Of a stretch of 64,000 nucleotides of DNA, positions 53,401 through 61,097 are shown in pieces. The stretch's first letter is position 1; every line of letters begins with the position of its first letter. The DNA is from Candidatus Omnitrophota bacterium. GTDB taxonomy: Bacteria; Omnitrophota; Gorgyraeia; JABMRG01. A model generated the notes under the pieces. It had not been told where the DNA came from. It did not search any database and saw only the letters and a list, made by a program, of their open reading frames with translations. The stretch lies in NCBI GenBank assembly GCA_028716165.1, contig JAQUQI010000008.1, positions 1,919 to 65,918 of the forward strand, written 5' to 3'. The position numbers and the translations under genes are program-made.

Positions 53401-54984
53401 GGGATTGGTGACCTGGGCAAAAAGCTGCCTAAAATAATCGTATAAAAGCCTGGGTTGACTGGAAAAACAGGCATGCGGGGTATCATTACCCATTGACCCT
53501 ACTGGTTCTTTGGCTTCTTCAAACATTGGCCTTAATATAAAATTCAAGTCTTCGCGCGTATAACCAAATGCCTTCATCAGGGCTTGAATGTCGCCTGTTT
53601 TTTCGTCACCATAAGGTAACGGACTTAACTGCTCTAATGAAAGCATATTTTGATACATCCACTGACCGTAAGGATACTGTCCTGATACTTCCTTTTTTAT
53701 ATCTTCATCATTAATTATCACGCCTTTAACGGTATCTATAAACAAAATCTTGCCGGGTTCCAGTCTGCCCGATAACTTTATATCAGAGCTTTTTATATCA
53801 AGAACGCCTGCTTCCGAAGCCATAACAATCAGATCGTCTTTGGTCACTATGTATCGCGCCGGTCTTAAACCGTTGCGGTCAAGGGTCGCCCCTATGCAGG
53901 CCCCATCCGTAAAAGTTATAGCGGCAGGGCCATCCCAGGGCTCCATAAAACACGCATGAAACTCATAAAACGCCTTGAGAGATTTATCCATCAAATTATC
54001 TTTTTCCCATGCCGCGGGGACAAGCATCATCATAACATGGGCAAGCGGCCTGCCTGCAAGAGTCAAAAGCTCAAAAACATTGTCTATGCAGGCAGAATCG
54101 CTGCCGTTTTCATTAATAACTGGTTTGAGTTTATCAATATCAGCATTAAACAACCCGTTGGCAAGCAATCTTTCCCTTGCCCGCATCCAGTTTATATTAC
54201 CCCTTATTGTATTTATTTCGCCATTATGCGCCAAAAAACGAAAAGGCTGCGCGAGATCCCATGCGGGAAAGGTATTTGTGCTGTATCTTGAGTGCACCAT
54301 ACATATGGCGCTTTGCATTAATTCATTTGACAAATCTAAAAAAAAGACCGGTAGTTGGCGGGGCATCAATAGGCCCTTGTAACATAAGGTACGTGACGAT
54401 ATATTCGTTATATAAAAAGATCTTTTGCCTTTTATGTTTGAAAAGTTTACAGCATCTTCGGACATCTTCCTTATTACATACAATTTTCTCTCAAATTCAT
54501 CCTGGGAATTGATTGAATCCGACCTTTTTACGAACACATGGGCCATAAATGGCGCTGTCTGCCGCGCGCCCCGCCCCAAAGACTCCACGTTAACAGGGAC
54601 GCTCCTGAAACCTATAATACGCTGGCCCTCTTCTCTTGTAACAGTTTCCATTATTTCCAAGCACCTTTTCCTGTCCTGGACGTCCTGCGGCAAAAATACC
54701 AGCCCGGCGCCGTATTCACCTTCATCGGGTATATCTATGTTTCCACACACAGACCTAAAGAAGACATGGGGCAGCTGTATAAGTATGCCGGCGCCATCTC
54801 CTGTATCAGGTTCAGCACCTACAGCTCCTCTGTGACTAAGCCTCTCCAGTATACTGATTCCATCCTTTATTATGGAATACGACCTTTTGCCTTTTATATT
54901 ACATACAAAGCCTACGCCGCAACTATCGTGTTCAAAGCGCGGATCATACAAACCTTGCCGGCCGGGCAAATATTCATATTTCAT
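50500..54984 (-). CDS. gltB: glutamate synthase large subunit
   Basis: 1494 aa. N-terminal Ntn amidotransferase (MKYEY…CGVGFV), central FMN/Fe-S domain and C-terminal GXGXG domain. Confidence 0.95.
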   Translation of the reverse strand: MKYEYLPGRQGLYDPRFEHDSCGVGFVCNIKGKRSYSIIKDGISILERLSHRGAVGAEPDTGDGAGILIQLPHVFFRSVCGNIDIPDEGEYGAGLVFLPQDVQDRKRCLEIMETVTREEGQRIIGFRSVPVNVESLGRGARQTAPFMAHVFVKRSDSINSQDEFERKLYVIRKMSEDAVNFSNIKGKRSFYITNISSRTLCYKGLLMPRQLPVFFLDLSNELMQSAICMVHSRYSTNTFPAWDLAQPFRFLAHNGEINTIRGNINWMRARERLLANGLFNADIDKLKPVINENGSDSACIDNVFELLTLAGRPLAHVMMMLVPAAWEKDNLMDKSLKAFYEFHACFMEPWDGPAAITFTDGACIGATLDRNGLRPARYIVTKDDLIVMASEAGVLDIKSSDIKLSGRLEPGKILFIDTVKGVIINDEDIKKEVSGQYPYGQWMYQNMLSLEQLSPLPYGDEKTGDIQALMKAFGYTREDLNFILRPMFEEAKEPVGSMGNDTPHACFSSQPRLLYDYFRQLFAQVTNPAIDSIRENVVMGLESFVGPEKNILECGPSHCRKISIDHPVLSKEDIGRIKEVNANNFRAKTLYTFFDVSSGVKGFTDALDRICFESEYAVEQGYSFIILSDRGAGRQNIALPALLSLSAIHQYLVSRGVRSQVSIIVESAEPREVHHIGLLFGYGADCICPYFVYDIAEYMAEEKLISTGPAQAKKNYVKSVEDGLLKILSKMGISTLRSYRGAQIFEVLGLCDEFIERYFKGTVSRIGGLGIVQIAQETIARHAAAYNGRDPFPGILPSGGIYQWKKDGEFHLWNPKTIPVLQYAARYNDFAKYKEFAAMINNQKENPTTIRGLFKLKRCSPIPVERVELEEAIMKRFTTGAMSFGSIGSMAHETIAMAMNRIGGKSNTGEGGEDPNRFVVLPNGDSKRSAIKQIASGRFGVTTNYLVNADEIQIKIAQGAKPGEGGQLPGHKVSDIIARTRYTTPGVTLISPPPHHDIYSIEDLAQLIFDLKNVNPKARISVKLVSEIGVGTIAAGVAKAHADVVLISGGDGGTGASPISSIRHAGLPWELGLSEAHQTLLLNGLRQRVVLQTDGQIRTGRDIAIACMLGAQEYGICTAVLVVMGCVMLRHCHLNNCSAGIATQDPILQKRFSARPEYVVNYMRFIAKEMREIMASLGFRTVNEMVGRSDLLEKEDNIGHFKAKYVNLEKILYRPVEENVRLKVKGPIERDKSLDECLIEKCDKFLSVPDSKAISEDIWIKNTDRGVGAMLSGHICRQYGDGTLLEDSIRFRFAGVAGQSFAAFLVKGVTFELEGMANDYVGKGISGGKVIIYPGNDSGYSAQTNIIAGNTCFYGAISGEAYIRGVAGERFCIRNSGLYAVVEGLGDHGCEYMTGGRVLVLGSIGRNFAAGMSGGIAYVINSLNRLEDKCNMDMVLIERLTEDDKDIFCYLLRNHYKYTNSRIAMSLVNDIESAMDKFSRIIPMEYKRILENKK

Positions 54985-55208
54985 CTTTTAAATCTCCGGA
55001 CATCTATGCTATAACGCAATATTTTCTTATGTAAAGTATTACGGTTCACACCCAAAAGACGTGAGGTACGCAATTGATTACCGTCTGTCTGCTCAAGAGC
55101 CTTTATGATCACGCTTTTTTCAATACTATTGATAATATCGGAATATATCCGGCCTCCGTCCGACATATAAAAATGTTTATCTATAATGCTTGAAAAATCA
55201 TCCATCAT
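54981..55208 (-). CDS. small Fis/NtrC-type helix-turn-helix DNA-binding protein, translationally coupled to gltB
   Basis: 75 aa. C-terminal …IIKALEQTDGNQLRTSRLLGVNRNTLHKKI… Fis-type HTH. The stop overlaps the gltB ATG (ATGA). AAGGGGG sits 7 nt upstream of its ATG. Confidence 0.55.
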   Translation of the reverse strand: MMDDFSSIIDKHFYMSDGGRIYSDIINSIEKSVIIKALEQTDGNQLRTSRLLGVNRNTLHKKILRYSIDVRRFKR

Positions 55209-55308
55209 AAAAACACCCCCCTTGAACAGACCGTTTTCATGCCTACCTTACCTTCCCGGAAGAAACATTTAATAAAACAATGCGCGAAAAATACTCTTTC
55301 TTACAAGG

Positions 55309-56640
55309 CTAAAAAACCGGGAGATACTTGTCTAATTCATGTTTCGGCACCCGTATCCTATAATCATCCCATTCTCTTTTTTTGACTTCAATAAACCTAG
55401 AAAATATATGTTTTCCAAACGCTTTCTCAACAATCTTGCTGTTTTCAGTAACAGAAATTGCCTGACCCAGGCTGTCAGGCAATGTTTCTATACCCTTTTC
55501 CTTGCGTTCCGCAGAAGTTAAATGGTATAAGTTACGCTCCATAGGTTTCGGGGCCTTATATTTTTTATCTATCCCCTCAAGCCCGGCATGCAGCATAACT
55601 GCAAATGTAAGATACGGATTGCATGCCGGATCGCATGCCCTGAATTCACAGCGGGTTGCTTTTTCCTGCCCGGGATGATATAAAGGCACTCTCACCAAAG
55701 CGCTTCTGTTCCTTCTGCTCCACGCAATGTAAACAGGGGCTTCATATCCGGGGACAAGTCTCTTATATGAATTAGTTGTTTGGGCAAACACGGAACACAT
55801 CTCATTGGCGTGTTTCAAAAGACCCGCAATATAACACTTAGCGGTTTCAGACAAAAAATCTTCAGACTTCGCGTCATAAAACGCGTTCTTACTGCCCTTA
55901 AACAGTGATTGGTGGGTATGCATGCCGGAACCATTCTGGCCGAATATCGGCTTTGGCATAAACGTCGCGTAAACACCAAATTTGCTGGCTATCTCTTTTA
56001 CAACAACCCTGTACGTTATAACGTTATCCGCCATTTCAAGCGCGTCCCGATACCGCATATCAACCTCATGCTGCGACGGCGCGACTTCGTGGTGGGAATA
56101 TTCTATATATACCCCCATTTTTTCAAGCGCCAATACCGTTTCACGCCTAAGATCACTTGCAACATCAAGCGTGGTAAGATCAAAATACCCGCCCCTGTCA
56201 AGCACGTCTGTCGTTAAATCATTTTTGAAATAAAAAAACTCAAGCTCGGGCCCAACATAGTAATGGTCATAACCCATTTCAGCCGCCCTCTTGAGAGACC
56301 TTTTAAGCACATATCTGGGGTCACCTTCATAAGGGGTCTTGTCGGGGTTCAACACATCACATATCATCCTGGCAACCGCTTTTTCCGCAGGCCGCCACGG
56401 TAAGATAGCGAATGTATCAGGGTCCGGCATTGCTATCATATCAGATTCCTCTATGTCCTGATAACCTGTTATAGAAGAACCGTCAAAACCCATGCCGTTA
56501 TCCAGGGCGTTTTCAAGCTCCCTGTCCGTTATGGCAAAACTTTTTACCTGGCCGAGTATGTCAACAAACCACAACCTTATGAACTTAACGTCCTTTTCTT
56601 TTACCAATTTTATAATGTCCTGCTTGCTCCTCTTTTGCAT
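55309..56640 (-). CDS. glnA: glutamine synthetase type I
   Basis: 443 aa. GSI motifs (…KFIRLWFVDILGQ…, …MHTHQSLF…). Confidence 0.95.
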   Translation of the reverse strand: MQKRSKQDIIKLVKEKDVKFIRLWFVDILGQVKSFAITDRELENALDNGMGFDGSSITGYQDIEESDMIAMPDPDTFAILPWRPAEKAVARMICDVLNPDKTPYEGDPRYVLKRSLKRAAEMGYDHYYVGPELEFFYFKNDLTTDVLDRGGYFDLTTLDVASDLRRETVLALEKMGVYIEYSHHEVAPSQHEVDMRYRDALEMADNVITYRVVVKEIASKFGVYATFMPKPIFGQNGSGMHTHQSLFKGSKNAFYDAKSEDFLSETAKCYIAGLLKHANEMCSVFAQTTNSYKRLVPGYEAPVYIAWSRRNRSALVRVPLYHPGQEKATRCEFRACDPACNPYLTFAVMLHAGLEGIDKKYKAPKPMERNLYHLTSAERKEKGIETLPDSLGQAISVTENSKIVEKAFGKHIFSRFIEVKKREWDDYRIRVPKHELDKYLPVF

Positions 56641-56683
56641 CTTGGCCTCCTTAATATTTTTGAAGGATACGCTCCTTCCGTGT

Positions 56684-56730
56684 TAAAAATAAAAAGCGTT
56701 CTTAAAATGTTGAATACTTTTAAGAACGCT
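56684..56730 (-). terminator. rho-independent terminator between glnK and glnA
   Basis: 13-bp stem agcgttcttaaaa/ttttaagaacgct (56695-56707 and 56718-56730), followed on the minus strand by tttttatttttaac. Confidence 0.6.
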
Positions 56731-56749
56731 TTCTTTGCGTTTACATATC

Positions 56750-56766
56750 TGCACAAACCATGTGCA
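56750..56766. promoter_or_regulatory. NtrC-type palindrome TGCACA-N5-TGTGCA, 110-126 nt upstream of the glnA start
   Basis: tgcacaaaccatgtgca is one mismatch from the TGCACC-N5-GGTGCA NtrC/Fis-HTH enhancer consensus. Further TGCATATAC repeats follow at 56762-56790. Confidence 0.45.
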
Positions 56767-56835
56767 TATACGCACATAACCATGCATATACACTTTATAA
56801 AGTATAGAACTTGCGCTTTTGGTAACCTATCTTTT

Positions 56836-57177
56836 TCAGCCAATAGCGTTACAACCGCTTTCGCCTGTTCTGATCCTTATACATTCAGGCAGGTCCATCA
56901 CAAATATCTTACCGTCTCCTATACTGCCTGTTTTGGCGCCGCTAATAATCGCCTTGACTGTAGGCTGAACAAAATCCTCGTTTACGGCTATTTCAAGCCG
57001 TATTTTTTTCAATAGATTAATACTATGTATAACGCCTCTGTATGTCTCGGTATAGCCTCTTTGCCGGCCGCATCCTAACGCGTTAGTCACTGTTATTTTA
57101 TATATTTTGGCGTCATATAGCGCCTTTTTTACATCCGATAGTTTGTGCGGCTGTATCATCGCTACTATAAGTTTCAT
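56836..57177 (-). CDS. glnK: nitrogen regulatory protein P-II (GlnK-type, adjacent to amtB)
   Basis: 113 aa. [13 protein letters not shown]…[11 protein letters not shown]… PII signature and T-loop region. Confidence 0.9.
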   Translation of the reverse strand: MKLIVAMIQPHKLSDVKKALYDAKIYKITVTNALGCGRQRGYTETYRGVIHSINLLKKIRLEIAVNEDFVQPTVKAIISGAKTGSIGDGKIFVMDLPECIRIRTGESGCNAIG

Positions 57178-57189
57178 ACTGCCTCCTGT

Positions 57190-58452
57190 TTATGTCGTGG
57201 TAAAGACCTGGAACCCGGCATACGACTCCATTCCGTGTTCGCTTATGTCAAGACCTTTCAATTCCTCATCCCTGGACACGCGAAGGCCTATATTCATATC
57301 TATAAGTTTAAAAATAATACCCATTACAACAAGAATAAATACTGCTACGCAACATGCGCCCATTGCCTGTATCCCGAGTTGCTTGAGTCCGCCGGCATAA
57401 AAAAACCCATCATTGGCAATGCCTAATACTTTCTGTCCAAAAAGCCCGACAGATAGCGTACCCCACAACCCGTTTAAGCCATGTACGGGGAAAGCGCCCA
57501 CGGGATCGTCAATATTCAGTTTTTCAAGAAGCATAACGCCAGCGATAACGAGTATACCGCCCACGCCGCCTATAACAAGAGCGGCCCAAGGTTCAATAAA
57601 CGCGCAAGGCGCCGTTACCGCGACCAAGCCCGCCAGGGTACCGTTCATCGCCATTGAAAGATCCGGTTTACCAAATATTTTCCATACGGTAATTATAGCC
57701 GTTATGCCGCCTGTTGCCGCAGCTATATTCGTATTTGCCGCTATCCTGCCTATCAGAGACCCATCTCCAACACTCAAGGTTGAGCCCGGGTTAAATCCAA
57801 ACCATCCGAACCACAGTATAAATACTCCTAAAGATGCCAGGGGTATTGAATGCCCGGCTATGGCATTAGCGGACCTGTCTTTATTGTATTTTCCTATTCT
57901 TGGTCCCAGGATTATAGTGCCGATCAGGGCTGCAAACCCGCCGACAGTATGGACAACGGTTGAGCCGGCAAAATCAACAAAATTCAGCTTTGAAAGCCAG
58001 CCGCCTCCCCATATCCAATGCCCTACAATCGGATATATAAAAGCAGATATTATAAAAGAATACAAAAGATAGGCTTGAAATTTCATTCTTTCGGCCATAC
58101 CACCGGCGACTATCGTAGCTGCTGCACCGCAAAACGCGGCTTGAAACAGCCAAAAGGCAAATAATGGAATTTTTGAAGCAGATTGCGCGCCATTAAGAAA
58201 CCATCCGCTGTAACCGATAAAATCGTTGCCGCAACCGAACATTACGGCATAACCAAAGGCAAAAAAACCTATGGACGCCATGCAAAAATCAAGAAAATTC
58301 TTAGTTAAAATATTACAGGTATTCTTCGCCCGGATAAAACCCGCTTCAACCATGCCGAAACCAGCCTGCATAAAAAACACTAGGAAGGCGGAGATCATGA
58401 CCCATAGAGTGTCAACACCCGTGCTGTTTGCGTATACCATATCTGTCAACAT
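57190..58452 (-). CDS. amtB: ammonium transporter
   Basis: 420 aa. 11-TM Amt fold (…DFAGSTVVHTVGGFAAL…). Confidence 0.9.
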   Translation of the reverse strand: MLTDMVYANSTGVDTLWVMISAFLVFFMQAGFGMVEAGFIRAKNTCNILTKNFLDFCMASIGFFAFGYAVMFGCGNDFIGYSGWFLNGAQSASKIPLFAFWLFQAAFCGAAATIVAGGMAERMKFQAYLLYSFIISAFIYPIVGHWIWGGGWLSKLNFVDFAGSTVVHTVGGFAALIGTIILGPRIGKYNKDRSANAIAGHSIPLASLGVFILWFGWFGFNPGSTLSVGDGSLIGRIAANTNIAAATGGITAIITVWKIFGKPDLSMAMNGTLAGLVAVTAPCAFIEPWAALVIGGVGGILVIAGVMLLEKLNIDDPVGAFPVHGLNGLWGTLSVGLFGQKVLGIANDGFFYAGGLKQLGIQAMGACCVAVFILVVMGIIFKLIDMNIGLRVSRDEELKGLDISEHGMESYAGFQVFTTT

Positions 58453-58480
58453 ATTATACGTCTCCTTTCACGCGTTGATA

Positions 58481-59263
58481 TTATACACTAACCGCGAAAA
58501 CCGCCCCTAAGAACAATTCCTCTTTTTGGCCGCCATCGCTTGTCTTTTTCATGCCACTTAACGGTATCGTGTAATTTACTGTTGGGGAAAATGTGCAATT
58601 TTTTGCAACAGCATAAGCAATACCCGCGCTTAATCCTATGTCCCCCCCGTGCCCTTTTATAAAAAGCCTTCTATTATATCCAGCATGCGCGCCGAAATTA
58701 AACGTAACGGGCACATCCGGCAAAACAATACTTTTATTAATTTTGACAGCCAGATAATCGCCCCGGCCTCCGCCTTTGTCCTTATCCTCAAAATCATGAT
58801 ACCACGTAAAAGAGGGGGAGAACGGCAAATCATCTACGCATAACCCAAGATAAAACTCCTGGCTATTGGCGTTGGATGCCGGGAAATCATAATATATATA
58901 ACCACCGCTTACCGATAACGGTGCCCCCAGACTATTTTTCAAGTCATATGAATAACCCACACTATAATCCACTTCATCTGACTTACCCCCGTCTCGGCCG
59001 CTCACATCAAGATTTCCCCATATGCTTGCGTTAAAACCGCAGGCGTTAATATAAACACCTGATTGCGCCACGGGGTCATTATCCAGTTTAAAACCACGCC
59101 ATATGTATTTTGAAAAAACGGCAAAATCCGTGCTAATCTCAACGGGCCGCCCTTTAAAAACCATGCTGTCTTCGCCACCCGTCTCCCCGGCCGAAGCATC
59201 ACCCGGTTTTATCAAAAGTATCCCTATCGCACACATCACAGTCAAAAATTTAAATATATTCAT
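58481..59263 (-). CDS. putative outer-membrane beta-barrel protein upstream of amtB
   Basis: 260 aa. Signal peptide and alternating Gly/Tyr/Asp-rich beta-strand pattern. There is 28 nt between its stop and the amtB start. Confidence 0.4.
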   Translation of the reverse strand: MNIFKFLTVMCAIGILLIKPGDASAGETGGEDSMVFKGRPVEISTDFAVFSKYIWRGFKLDNDPVAQSGVYINACGFNASIWGNLDVSGRDGGKSDEVDYSVGYSYDLKNSLGAPLSVSGGYIYYDFPASNANSQEFYLGLCVDDLPFSPSFTWYHDFEDKDKGGGRGDYLAVKINKSIVLPDVPVTFNFGAHAGYNRRLFIKGHGGDIGLSAGIAYAVAKNCTFSPTVNYTIPLSGMKKTSDGGQKEELFLGAVFAVSV

Positions 59264-59283
59264 ATCGCGTCCTCTTTGTTGGC

Positions 59284-59320
59284 ATAAAAATAAAAGGGCG
59301 TTTTAAAGTCCAAACGCCTG
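59284..59320 (-). terminator. rho-independent terminator downstream of the sigma-like gene
   Basis: Minus strand reads ggcgtttggactttaaaacgccc followed by ttttatttttat. Confidence 0.55.
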
Positions 59321-59373
59321 TGTAATATCACAACCCTGTGTTTTTTGTTTACAATTCTATAAGTAAAAAAACA

Positions 59374-59883
59374 TCATTTTTGGTAACCGCCTGAACGCGC
59401 CTTCTTTATTATATTCTTCTTATATTTAAGCACCATGACATGCGAAATACCCAGAATTGACGCGATCTCGCGTACCGTATTGCCTTTAAGAAGAAGCCTA
59501 AGAACCTCGCGTTCTTTATCTGTCAAACGTTTTCTTTTTATTTCATCAATACTTATATGATATTCCAAATCGGTCTGACGCGCCAATATGTCCGGCATGA
59601 CATCTTTAAAGGTTATATCGCCTTCGGCAATAGGAACATCCATACTTAAATGTACCGGCATACGTCTCCCTCTGCGCAGGAAATTTAAAAGATAAAATTC
59701 GCAGGCCTTGATTATATAAGCTTCATTCATCCCTATGGGTACGTCTTCTCCAAAACGCTGCCATAAATACAGACACATTTGCTGATAGAGGTCATCTCTA
59801 TCGTAAAACCCGGTTAAGATATTCCTCCTCGCTATTGCCTTTAATGCCGGAGTTATTTTTTCAAGTAAAATTTTAAAATCCAT
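59374..59883 (-). CDS. small sigma-70/ECF-like sigma factor or LuxR-type HTH regulator
   Basis: 169 aa. Region 2-like DLYQQMCLYLWQRF and region 4-like LTDKEREVLRLLLKGNTVREIASILGISHVMVLKYK. Confidence 0.55.
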   Translation of the reverse strand: MDFKILLEKITPALKAIARRNILTGFYDRDDLYQQMCLYLWQRFGEDVPIGMNEAYIIKACEFYLLNFLRRGRRMPVHLSMDVPIAEGDITFKDVMPDILARQTDLEYHISIDEIKRKRLTDKEREVLRLLLKGNTVREIASILGISHVMVLKYKKNIIKKARSGGYQK

Positions 59884-59895
59884 AGTATTACCTGC

Positions 59896-59943
59896 AAAAA
59901 ATAAAAAAGCGTTTTACGCGTATATGCTCGCAGCGTAAAACGC
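59896..59943 (-). terminator. rho-independent terminator (first of three in series)
   Basis: 11-bp stem gcgttttacgc/gcgtaaaacgc (59909-59919 and 59933-59943) followed on the minus strand by ttttttatttttt. Confidence 0.6.
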
Positions 59944-59969
59944 CCCTCTTTGGGCCGTCGGAATAGGCT

Positions 59970-59998
59970 AAAAACAAAAAAAGCGTTCTTGCGAACGC
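59970..59998 (-). terminator. rho-independent terminator (second)
   Basis: Minus strand reads gcgttcgcaagaacgc followed by tttttttgttttt. Confidence 0.6.
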
Positions 59999-60123
59999 CT
60001 CCCTGCTATTTAAAAACACATTCCCTGTGTTTTATTATATATACCACAAAATTAAGATAAAGTCAAGGGTCCAAAACAAATAGTAGTGTCAAGATTATTG
60101 TGCGCTTTCGTATTTAATTCGCC

Positions 60124-60156
60124 AAAAAGAAAAAATCCGGCGCTGAAAAAGCCGGA
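60124..60156 (-). terminator. rho-independent terminator (third)
   Basis: Minus strand reads tccggctttttcagcgccgga followed by ttttttctttttgg. Confidence 0.55.
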
Positions 60157-60182
60157 ATTTCCTGTTCTGATATTCAAAATGG

Positions 60183-60335
60183 CGGTCCGAACTGGACGCC
60201 AGACGAACCCATTTGACTCCGCTCAGGGTTCGTCCTGAGCAAGCAAAGCGCGTCGAAAGACAAACTCCATACCCTCAAGAAGTGCATCTACTTGTGAAAA
60301 TGACCTTCCGGCGCTTCAAGCATCATTTTATCTAT
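60183..60335. repeat. bipartite repeat element, copy A: 20-nt core gaactggacgccagacgaac plus a block aaaatgacc…ttttatcta immediately 3' of the hypothetical gene
   Basis: The core at 60189-60208 is identical to 62433-62452. The second block (60297-60334) shares aaaatgacc-ttc-g-cgc…ttttatcta with 62484-62521. An internal hairpin ctcagg-gttcgt-cctgag lies between the blocks. Confidence 0.6.
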
Positions 60336-60340
60336 TTTGA

Positions 60341-60835
60341 CTAAGTGCTTTGAAATAAAACATTATTTTTGTGAACATCGAACAGTGAAACTTTTGAAAA
60401 AATAGTACGCTGCATACTTCTTAATAATATCTTTATTTGTTCAATAATTGTTATTTCTGCCCATAAAGGTTGTAAATCAAAAAATAGCAAAAGTTCAACA
60501 TTTAATCCATCTGTTTCATATTGTTTTTTGAACTTGTCTTCAATCCTTTTGCCTAAAATGTCGTCAGAAAAAAATCCACCAGTAAACTGTAAGTTTTTAT
60601 CATAAAACTTTTTTGCCAGATCTTGATTAATTATCTCGCTTAGTTCAAAATAAACTCTTTCACCATTAGAATATCTGCAAAGACAATCTGGTTTTGGAGG
60701 CTCACATGAATTTATTGCAAACTTGCTGAAAGACTTTCTCAAAAATTTATTCAAAACAAATATTTCCTTACTTGTTTTTTGACGCATATTAACCTTGGAG
60801 CAATTATTCATTAATTGCCTGCTAAAAATTAACAT
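60341..60835 (-). CDS. hypothetical protein co-located with the Fic gene. The likely true start is the MRQKTSKE ATG near 60787, which has an AAGGT RBS.
   Basis: 164-aa ORF (148 aa from the internal start). Very AT-rich. No recognisable motif. Confidence 0.4.
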   Translation of the reverse strand: MLIFSRQLMNNCSKVNMRQKTSKEIFVLNKFLRKSFSKFAINSCEPPKPDCLCRYSNGERVYFELSEIINQDLAKKFYDKNLQFTGGFFSDDILGKRIEDKFKKQYETDGLNVELLLFFDLQPLWAEITIIEQIKILLRSMQRTIFSKVSLFDVHKNNVLFQST

Positions 60836-61097
60836 TAAAAATATTATTCTGAATATATAAATTAATTCCTAGTGTATTTAATACTATGTCTTTTTGTAGC
60901 ACATCCAATCCTTCTTGCCTTTTCCAGATATATGTTTTTAAAAATAAAGGGGATCTTTCGATAGGGACTTTAAATTTAAACCCTGCACTCCTTCCCCTAA
61001 CTTATATTTATTTATTTGCATAGTCATATAGCATCTCGCCGAATTTACCTATTCTTAGCGCTAACCATGTTGGGTTGTGCCTGTTCTTCGATGTTAG

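Noticed and set aside
56641-56750. Sigma-54 (-24/-12) promoter upstream of glnA.
   Set aside because: No TGGCAC-N5-TTGCA-like element was found on the coding strand. Only a possible sigma-70-like TTCAAC-N17-TATTTT was seen.
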